From the NCBI RefSeq assembly GCF_003010495.1, contig NZ_CP027570.1, positions 1,200,001-1,232,000 on the forward strand: 32,000 nucleotides of DNA. The letters are read 5' to 3'. The stretch's first letter is position 1. Each line of letters starts with the position of its first letter. A program made the translations under genes and the position numbers. This document shows positions 25,255-32,000 of the stretch, piece after piece. This DNA comes from Megasphaera elsdenii DSM 20460 (lineage in GTDB: Bacteria; Bacillota; Negativicutes; Veillonellales; Megasphaeraceae). The notes under the pieces were generated by a model that made no database searches, was not told the DNA's origin, and worked only from the letters and a program-made list of their open reading frames with translations.

Positions 25255-27510
25255 ATGAATAACTTATTGGAGTTAAAGGGGGAATTCCAACATAAGTCAA
25301 ATCAAGCTAGAGGGGGGAGCATCTCACTAAAAAAAGGACAAGTAGTTAAGGCCGACCATTTACTGGAGCTAGCTAATGATTTACAAAAAATAGCTGATTA
25401 TTGGTCTGTACATCCAGAGATTGAAGGTGCTTTAGTTAGCGCGCATTATGTTCGCATCGTTCCTAAATCAAGTCGATTGCAATTTTTGCTTTCATGTACT
25501 AATAATTCCCCCAATGATTTTATAGTAGGGGCAAAATTTGAGACTACTGTTGATATAATCGATCCGGAATCCCATGCTCACCATGTTTTTACGTATTTTA
25601 TCCCGTTAACAGCACTTGTTCAGACCATAGCTGTTTTAAAAAAAGTGTATGACGTTTTGAAAGAAAACTATCAGGGTAAGCTTTCATATGAAGATGTGGA
25701 AGAATTAAAAAAAGGAACATTCGTGTGTGATGGTTTATCTAAAACCAGGTTTCTTCAAACTATTGTAGATAGTTCGAATATTCAATGTTTTCGTATTGAT
25801 ACATTGGAAAAGGATATTCATGAAGCATGTATTATAACAATTTACAAAACTAAAGTAAAAACACGGGAGTTGTTAGGGAAATTTGGTATTTCGATTCCAG
25901 AAAGCAGAATTCTCAATCAGCTCACGATTCAAATGAATCCAGAAGAAATACATATGTTGTTGGAAAAAGCTCCATATCTGGTAGCTATGGGGGTAAATGA
26001 TTTGACTCAGTATATTCCTGAGCCATTGACAGAAGTATCGGAAGTACCTGAACTTATTCCATCTCCTAAGAATGAACCTGTTATTGGCGTTATTGATACT
26101 CCCTTTAATGAAGACGTCTATTTTCATGAATGGGTAGATTATACTAATTGTTTGTCTGAAGATATTCCCGTTGGGCCAATGGATTTTGCACATGGAACAG
26201 CTGTCAGTTCGATCATTGTTGATGGTCCTAAGGGGAATCCTGATTTAGATGATGGATGCGGTCGTTTTAGAGTTCGGCATTTCGGAGTAGCTGTTGCTGG
26301 TAAATTTAGTTCTTTTTCGGTTATAAAGCAGATTGGGGATATTGTACGGTTAAATCGTGATATTAAGGTGTGGAATCTTTCTTTAGGTTCTATATTAGAG
26401 ATTAATGATAATTTTATTTCGCCAGAAGCTGCTGAACTGGATCGGTTGCAGAATGAATATGATATAGTGTTTGTAGTAGCAGGAACGAATTTACCTGCTG
26501 CACATGAACATGAAAACAATTATAAAATCGGTGCCCCGGCAGATTCTTTAAATTCTATTGTTGTGAATTCTGTAAATTTTCAGAATCAAAGTGCATCTTA
26601 TTCTCGAAGTGGCCCTGTATTGTCTTTCTTTGTAAAACCAGATGTTAGCTATTATGGTGGAGATAGGCAAAAACATGAATTTATAACGGTATGTGACAAT
26701 GTATTGGGGGCAAAGCAGACAGCTGGAACTTCTTTTGCAGCGCCTTGGATTACCCGAAAAATGGCATATTTGGTTTACATTATGGGATTTACTCGAGAAG
26801 TGGCTAAAGCCTTGCTGATTGATGCTGCAACGGGATGGTATTGTCGGCCAGATGAAAAAAAGGGGTATGGCATAGTGCCCATTTCTATTCAAGATATTTT
26901 GCAATCTCCCGATGATGAAATTAAATTTATTATTTTTGGAAAGACTAAGAATTATTGTACGTATACATATCAATTGCCTGTCCCGGTTGTAGAGAATAAG
27001 CATCCTTATCTTGCCAAAGCTACTTTGGTTTATTTTCCGTTGTGTGATCGTAATCAAGGTGTGGATTATACCGATACGGAGTTAGATTTGCATTTTGGGC
27101 GATTAATGATTGATAAAGCACAACGTTTACAGATAAAATCTATTAATGGAAATTTACAGGCTGAACCGGGCCAGCACTCTATTTATGAAGAAGATGCCAG
27201 AAATGATTATCGGAAATGGGATAACGTAAAAATAGTTGCTGATCAGATTTATAGTAACATGAAACCTCGTAAAGCGTATGAAAAAGGACTTTGGGGTATC
27301 AAATTATATTGCAAAGAACGATTAAACAATCATGCCAGACGGGAAATTCCATTTGGTCTGGTTATTACCTTGAAAGAGATGAAGGGCGTTAATCGAATTG
27401 AATTATTCAAGCAATTATGCCAGGCCAGAGGATGGATTGTAAATGATGTCAACGTAGAAAATCGAGTTCAAGTATATTTGAAGGGAGAAGAAACGATTCA
27501 GTTAGAATAA
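25255..27510 (+). CDS. S8 (subtilisin-like) serine peptidase with a ~270-aa unknown N-terminal domain, IetS-like
   Basis: Catalytic triad context VIGVIDTP (Asp), DFAHGTAVSS (His) and AGTSFAAPW (Ser), with oxyanion VWNLSLGS. AGGAGG at 25241-25246 lies inside the upstream gene, indicating translational coupling. Confidence 0.8.
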   Translation: MNNLLELKGEFQHKSNQARGGSISLKKGQVVKADHLLELANDLQKIADYWSVHPEIEGALVSAHYVRIVPKSSRLQFLLSCTNNSPNDFIVGAKFETTVDIIDPESHAHHVFTYFIPLTALVQTIAVLKKVYDVLKENYQGKLSYEDVEELKKGTFVCDGLSKTRFLQTIVDSSNIQCFRIDTLEKDIHEACIITIYKTKVKTRELLGKFGISIPESRILNQLTIQMNPEEIHMLLEKAPYLVAMGVNDLTQYIPEPLTEVSEVPELIPSPKNEPVIGVIDTPFNEDVYFHEWVDYTNCLSEDIPVGPMDFAHGTAVSSIIVDGPKGNPDLDDGCGRFRVRHFGVAVAGKFSSFSVIKQIGDIVRLNRDIKVWNLSLGSILEINDNFISPEAAELDRLQNEYDIVFVVAGTNLPAAHEHENNYKIGAPADSLNSIVVNSVNFQNQSASYSRSGPVLSFFVKPDVSYYGGDRQKHEFITVCDNVLGAKQTAGTSFAAPWITRKMAYLVYIMGFTREVAKALLIDAATGWYCRPDEKKGYGIVPISIQDILQSPDDEIKFIIFGKTKNYCTYTYQLPVPVVENKHPYLAKATLVYFPLCDRNQGVDYTDTELDLHFGRLMIDKAQRLQIKSINGNLQAEPGQHSIYEEDARNDYRKWDNVKIVADQIYSNMKPRKAYEKGLWGIKLYCKERLNNHARREIPFGLVITLKEMKGVNRIELFKQLCQARGWIVNDVNVENRVQVYLKGEETIQLE

Positions 27511-27544
27511 AAAATTCAAAACAGGCTGGCACTTTCCCTTCAAG

Positions 27545-27615
27545 CGACAAAGTGTAGCAACTCGATTTGAAATAAGCGAAAATGCTGCATCCCGGATACT
27601 GAAAAGAGCAATTGA
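27545..27615 (+). pseudogene. 71-bp fragment of the AlbA_2-gene 3' end at the right junction of the IetAS-like cassette
   Basis: cgacaaagtgtagcaactcgatttgaaataagcgaaaatgctgcatcccggatactgaaaagagcaattga aligns with 23605-23674. The next 89 bp of the left copy (23675-23763) are missing here. Confidence 0.8.
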
Positions 27616-27653
27616 ATGAACTTAACGAAGAATTTGAGGCGGAGGTCAGTTTT

Positions 27654-28775
27654 GTGGGGCGTATTGTGAAAAATAATCTTGTCATATTGCTGGCGGCTGT
27701 GGGGGTGTTGGTCTCAATGGTCATTGTGCCGCCGTCGATGAGGTATGTGGAGTATCTCAATGGGCCCGTGCTGGGGATTTTGTTTTGCCTTATGGTTGTC
27801 ATTGGCGGTTTTCGTGAAAGCGGCGTCTTTTCGGTGTTATTGTCCCGGCTCCTATTGCGTCTGGGAACGTTTCGTCAGTTGGCGATGGTTCTGGTCTTTT
27901 CTTGCTTTTTTGTGAGCATGTGGGTGACGAATGACGTATCGCTGCTGACTTTTGTCCCATTTGCACTCTTGTCGCTGCGTCGTGTCGCCAGTGAAAAGGA
28001 AATGGCTGTCGTTATTTCTTTGCAGACGATAGCGGCTAACCTGGGCAGTATGTGTACGCCAGTAGGCAATCCGCAGAACTTATACTTGTATTTTCATTAT
28101 GCCTTGAATCTTGGCGAATTTATGGCCTTGCTGTTGCCTTATACGATAGCAGCGATGATCATGCTGGCTGCCTCTGTTTTTTTGCTGCCGAACCGGCGGA
28201 TTTCTATTTCCGCACGGCTAGCGGCCAGGCGGGCGGAGAAAGTTCCGCTCATGGCTTCGCCACGGCAGCTCTGGATGCTGGGAGCCTTGTTTTTTCTTTC
28301 GTTACTGACGGTGGCCCATCTTCTGGATTACCGTATCACGCTGGCGGTCGTCGTCCTGGTCACGGCGCTGATGGTCCCGCGTTATTTTCGTTATGTTGAT
28401 TACCGGCTGTTAGGTACGTTTGTGGCTTTTTTTATCCTTATTGGCAATATCAGTCAATGGGAAGCTTTCCGGCAAATCTTGGCTGCATTCCTGACTGGGC
28501 ACGAGTTTTTAGTGGCGATATTCGCATCCCAGGTCATCAGCAATGTGCCGGCGGCAGTTCTCTTGTCCGGTTTTACCGATAATGCTGCGGCGTTGCTGTT
28601 GGGAACGGATATTGGCGGATTAGGGACGCTCATTGCCTCTATGGCCAGCCTCATTTCTTATGGCATCTTCGTCCGCGCTTATCCACGGCGGCAGGGTTAT
28701 TTCCTGAAAATATTTACGGCGCTTAATGTGGCTTATCTGTTGTTTTTTATCGTGTTTGCAGCCGTAGCTTTCTGA
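27654..28775 (+). CDS. ArsB/NhaD-superfamily (citrate-transporter-like) anion permease
   Basis: Polytopic protein with the GNPQNLYLY motif. GAGGCGGAGG followed 8 nt later by GTG 27654 is more convincing than the TTG at 27612, and the left duplicate starts at the equivalent GTG 23802. Confidence 0.7.
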   Translation: MGRIVKNNLVILLAAVGVLVSMVIVPPSMRYVEYLNGPVLGILFCLMVVIGGFRESGVFSVLLSRLLLRLGTFRQLAMVLVFSCFFVSMWVTNDVSLLTFVPFALLSLRRVASEKEMAVVISLQTIAANLGSMCTPVGNPQNLYLYFHYALNLGEFMALLLPYTIAAMIMLAASVFLLPNRRISISARLAARRAEKVPLMASPRQLWMLGALFFLSLLTVAHLLDYRITLAVVVLVTALMVPRYFRYVDYRLLGTFVAFFILIGNISQWEAFRQILAAFLTGHEFLVAIFASQVISNVPAAVLLSGFTDNAAALLLGTDIGGLGTLIASMASLISYGIFVRAYPRRQGYFLKIFTALNVAYLLFFIVFAAVAF

Positions 28776-28865
28776 TATAATGTTGGAAGAACCCCTCAGT
28801 CAGCTTTGCTGACAGCTCCCCTTCGCAGTGGAGCCTTTTTAAGTCCGACGTAAACTGCATCATTG

Positions 28866-28971
28866 GGCGGGCCGCCAGCCACAGCTGTCCGTTTTGGCAG
28901 CCGTCCTGCGCCTTCCGGTGGTCGGCACTTGACGGGCCAAAAAGGCTTTCAGGACGGCCCCTACAGGGCCC
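28866..28971 (+). repeat. GC-rich REP-like intergenic repeat, copy 1 (copy 2 at 30486-30592)
   Basis: ggcgggccgcc...ctgtccgtt..g...ccgtcctgc.cct.c.g.tggtcgg.ac.tg.cggg....aaaggct.t..g.cg.cccctac aligns over ~105 bp at roughly three-quarters identity. Confidence 0.7.
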
Positions 28972-29033
28972 CGATAGGGACGATTTTTTGCGGTACAATG
29001 AGGGCGATTGTTTTTTGGGATGGGGTGGCATGT

Positions 29034-29486
29034 ATGGGACGTAGATGGATTCAGGTTGTAGTCGGGTTGCTGGTTATGGGCGTCATCGGTGTAATTTGGT
29101 GGCATTCTATGCAGAATGGAGTGGCTTCTCATGCCGAGAGCCGGCGGGTCCTGGCGTGGGTCCTGGCCCGGATACAAGGATCGGCGGTGGCGCCTTATTT
29201 GAGTGACGGTGTCATTCGGCGCTTGGCGCATTTGACGGAATATACAACGCTGGGAATGGTATTGAGCGGCTTTTCTGTTTTAGTTTCGCGACGTCCTCAT
29301 AAAGTCTGGGTGCTCTTGATTGGAATTGGCGTGGCAGCAATTGATGAGTATATCCAGTCGTTTTCCGGTGGCCGGACATCGACCTGGCATGATGTGGTAC
29401 TCGACGGTGTTGGGTGTATGATTGGAATTTTTTTAGTCATGGTTATCCGGGGAGTGAAGCGGGGCATTGGTGCTATACGAAAATAG
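29034..29486 (+). CDS. VanZ-like family membrane protein
   Basis: LAHLTEYTTLGMVL and DEYIQSFSGGRTSTWHDVVLDGVGCMIG are VanZ hallmarks. ATG 29034 follows GGGGTGG. ATG 28998 is an alternative start. The ORF-track start at 28863 lies inside the REP repeat. Confidence 0.7.
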   Translation: MGRRWIQVVVGLLVMGVIGVIWWHSMQNGVASHAESRRVLAWVLARIQGSAVAPYLSDGVIRRLAHLTEYTTLGMVLSGFSVLVSRRPHKVWVLLIGIGVAAIDEYIQSFSGGRTSTWHDVVLDGVGCMIGIFLVMVIRGVKRGIGAIRK

Positions 29487-29564
29487 GGGCCAGTAGCCCC
29501 GCAGGTCGCTGTTTGCAGTTCGCAAAAAAAAGTACGGCTAATAGCCGTATGCGTAGGGGCTTTT

Positions 29565-30389
29565 ATGAGTTTTGAAAAAGGAGAAATTGATGGAGATGCA
29601 TTAGATGATCAAGAGTTTTTTGGGACTAGTTTGATTATGCTTCTGAATAATGCAGAAGCGTTTATACGAAATAATTCAAAAAATCCATGGACGGTTCAGG
29701 GCATGCGTCGAGAGGAGAAAAGCGATTATCCTTTTAAAGCAGTTCGCGAAGTTTTAGTGAATGCCTTGATTCATAGAGATTATCAAAATATGGGTGCTGA
29801 AGTACATGTTGACATGTATGATGACCGTATGGAAATATCTTCGCCTGGCGGTATGATGAATGGAAGTCGTATTCAAGATTTGGATTTAAGAATGGTACCG
29901 TCCATGAGAAGGAACGAGATTATTTCCGATATTTTTGGAAGACTGCATTATATGGATCGTCGAGGCAGCGGGATACGTCGGATTATAAATTCATATACTT
30001 ATTATAAGAATAAGCCAATTTTTTATTCCAATGAGTATTTTTTTCTTGTTTCTTTACCGAATAGAGGGATTGCATCAAAAATCAAGGATGCTACGGAAGA
30101 AACGCAACTTACTGGGGAAGAAACGCAACTTACTGGAGAAAACGTTCATCTCGAAGTGTTAATGACTAGTATACGGCAAAAATGTAGAAATAAATTTCGA
30201 GCAGGTACAGTAGATAAATTTATAAAATTGTTGATAATTTATGAAGATAAATATCCATTTAATAGACAAATTGTAGCAACTCAATTTGAAATAAGCGAAA
30301 ATGCTGCATCCCGACTGCTTAAAAAAGCAATTGATTGTGGTATTGTCAGGAAAGAAAAAAGAGGAGTTTATTATTTTCGGGTTTTGTAA
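29565..30389 (+). pseudogene. 5'-truncated paralogue of the AlbA_2/HATPase_c_4 gene (HATPase_c_4 + wHTH only)
   Basis: 29572-30389 aligns with 22871-23729 at high identity. It lacks the AlbA_2 domain and has only 2 units of the 21-bp repeat (30096-30137). It may still be expressed from ATG 29565. Confidence 0.65.
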
Positions 30390-30390
30390 A

Positions 30391-30775
30391 AATCAGATTC
30401 AGATGCGGCATCGCTGCGATAAACTCAAGATTATGTTATGACCCGGCATCGTCTGTCATAAATTTCGGCTGTACACAGGATTCGCGGCGGGCCGCCCGTC
30501 GCTGCTGTCCGTTCTGTTAACCGTCCTGCACCTCCCGATGGTCGGTACCTGTCGGGGTAGAAAGGCTCTGGGCGTCCCCTACGCACAAGGCCGTTGGCCG
30601 TGTATTTTTTATGGCCTGCGGACCACGCTTTTTTTCATCGCCTGACTGCGATTCCGTAGGGGCCGTCCCAACGGGCGGCCCGCGTGAATCCTGTGCATAT
30701 CCGGAATTTATGACGGACGGCGCATGGTCGTAATACAATCATGAGTCTGTTGCGGCGGGCCGCCGCATCTGATTC
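30391..30775. repeat. ~385-bp imperfect palindrome (MITE-like) with ~105-bp inverted arms around a REP-like core
   Basis: The left arm 30391-30498 is the reverse complement of the right arm 30672-30775 at roughly 80% by eye. For example, gtcataaatttcggctgtacacaggattcgcggcgggccgcccg pairs with cgggcggcccgcgtgaatcctgtgcatatccggaatttatgac. Confidence 0.7.
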
Positions 30776-30962
30776 GGCGTCGATGAACGATGAACGGCCT
30801 ACGACGAACGACATCGCCGATGGCGATGAGTTCCGGCCTGCGGTCTGCGAACTACGGCCTGCGTTATTATTGCGTTATTATCAAGTCCGCTAGTATATGC
30901 TATAATTAGCGTTATAGATGATTTATATTAAGGATATATAGGAAAGGTGGTTGGGCAGTCTG

Positions 30963-31766
30963 ATGGATCGGGATTTTGTGGTATCACAATTTACGCGGTA
31001 TGTCCATGGGTTTGACCAGGGGGAAGAAGGGGTCCGGCTGAAGTATGCTCATTCTTTACGGGTGAGTTCTCTCTGTGAGCAGATTGCGGGAAGCCTGGGT
31101 TTGTCCCAGGATGAGGTAGATTTGGCCTGGCTTATCGGCGTGCTTCACGATATCGGCCGCTTTGAACAGCTGCGGGAGTACCATACGTTTGTCGATTACC
31201 GGTCCATGGACCATGCCAAGTATGGCGCTCATTATTTGTTTGATGACGGTCATATCCGCGATTTTCTCGACGATGGGAGGTTGGATGATGTTATCCGCAT
31301 GGCTATCGACCAGCACAATGTCTATCAGCTGCGGGAGAATTTGACGCCGCGGCAGCGGCTTTTCTGCCAGCTCATCCGCGATGCTGACAAAATCGATATT
31401 TTCCGGGTCTATGTCCTGTATATGAGCCAGAAGAAAAATATTTGGAACGTCGATTGGGCTGATTTTGAGAACCAGCCTATTTCTGACAGCGTCATGGCCC
31501 AGGCCCGCCAGGGGAAGCTGGTGCGGACGCAGGATAAGAAGACTTTCATGGATTTTTATGTCGGTGCTTTGTGTCTGTACTTCGATTTGGTCTATCCCCG
31601 GAGCCGTCAGCTGGCACGGGAGCAAGGCTATTTTGATAAGCTCCTCGATTTCCACTCCCGGAATGTCGATAGTGAGAAAAAATTGGATGAAATCCGCTGC
31701 TTAGTACAGAAAGCGGAAACGTTGCCTCAGCCAACATTTGTTGATACAATGTATAATGACATATAG
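30963..31766 (+). CDS. HD-domain phosphohydrolase
   Basis: HSLRVSSLCEQIAG...LIGVLHDIGRFEQ (the HD dyad) and IRDADKIDIF. GAAAGGTGG lies upstream, and ATG 30963 is preferred to TTG 30951. Confidence 0.8.
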   Translation: MDRDFVVSQFTRYVHGFDQGEEGVRLKYAHSLRVSSLCEQIAGSLGLSQDEVDLAWLIGVLHDIGRFEQLREYHTFVDYRSMDHAKYGAHYLFDDGHIRDFLDDGRLDDVIRMAIDQHNVYQLRENLTPRQRLFCQLIRDADKIDIFRVYVLYMSQKKNIWNVDWADFENQPISDSVMAQARQGKLVRTQDKKTFMDFYVGALCLYFDLVYPRSRQLAREQGYFDKLLDFHSRNVDSEKKLDEIRCLVQKAETLPQPTFVDTMYNDI

Positions 31767-31807
31767 CATAATTGGTATTATAGGATATATAGGGGGAATC
31801 ATAGCTC

Positions 31808-32000
31808 ATGGAAATATTGATTACGGGTGGTGCCGGCTTCATTGGGTCGCATGTTTTAGCACAGTTGAAAGAAATGCCGGATATGGATGTTGTCGTCTTT
31901 GATAATTTGTCTAGTGGGTCCCGGAACCACGTGCCCGATGGAATGGAACTCATTGAAGGCGATATCTGCGATGAAGAAGCTATTGACGCTGTCTTTTCCG
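31808..32000 (+). CDS. NAD-dependent epimerase/dehydratase (GalE-like), 3' partial
   Basis: This feature is not in the ORF track because it runs off the window. ATG 31808 follows AGGGGGA (31791-31797), and the translation is MEILITGGAGFIGSHVLAQLKE...LIEGDICDEEAIDAVFS (GxxGxxG Rossmann fold). Confidence 0.75.
   Translation, partial: MEILITGGAGFIGSHVLAQLKEMPDMDVVVFDNLSSGSRNHVPDGMELIEGDICDEEAIDAVFS

Noticed and set aside
28747-29231. Minus-strand ORFs 28747-29031 and 28860-29231, and the N-terminal extension of the VanZ ORF from 28863
   Set aside because: They run through the GC-rich REP-like repeat. The translations are Pro/Arg/Gly-rich low-complexity sequence typical of GC-driven spurious ORFs.
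30335-30738. ORFs 30335-30520 (+) and 30517-30738 (-)
   Set aside because: Both lie inside the MITE-like palindrome and REP repeat, with no SD and repeat-derived, compositionally biased translations.

Overview
Almost every gene in this window is on the + strand. The backbone has two parts. One is a surface-polysaccharide locus: a Wzy-like polymerase, a MurJ-type flippase and ugd at 1-3.9 kb, a GC-richer Wzx-like flippase at 15.16-16.58 kb, and a GalE-like epimerase at the right edge. The other is a set of GC-richer housekeeping genes at 27.6-32 kb (ArsB/NhaD-type permease, VanZ, HD hydrolase). Between them lies a mosaic of AT-rich accessory cassettes that reads as a multi-module anti-phage defence island with no integrase. 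The modules are: (i) a stand-alone reverse transcriptase with its own promoter and a ~310-nt highly structured leader (candidate template ncRNA), followed by a frameshifted ImmA/IrrE-like metallopeptidase; (ii) an HNH nuclease, a small ORF and a minimal nucleotidyltransferase; (iii) an internally deleted IS256-family element that truncates a decayed OCD / opine-dehydrogenase operon; (iv) a Panacea (DUF4065) antitoxin with an unassigned 190-aa partner; (v) an AAA_21/ABC-type ATPase plus HEPN (RNxIAH) pair; (vi) a DUF4917/SIR2-like single gene; (vii) a 1236-aa YobI/KAP-type P-loop NTPase with two TM helices inserted in the NTPase domain; (viii) an AlbA_2/Schlafen-like + HATPase_c_4 protein with an in-frame 21-bp tandem repeat; (ix) an IetAS-like AAA+ ATPase + S8 subtilase cassette inserted into the permease gene and bracketed by ~350-bp direct repeats. 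The most unusual structural signal is that cassette junctions re-use the same short sequences: a 50-bp direct repeat, a ~45-nt hairpin in three copies, and a 17-nt core in four copies. I saw no rRNA, tRNA or CRISPR array. All family calls come from motif recognition by eye, GC statements are visual estimates, and no database search or folding program was available.
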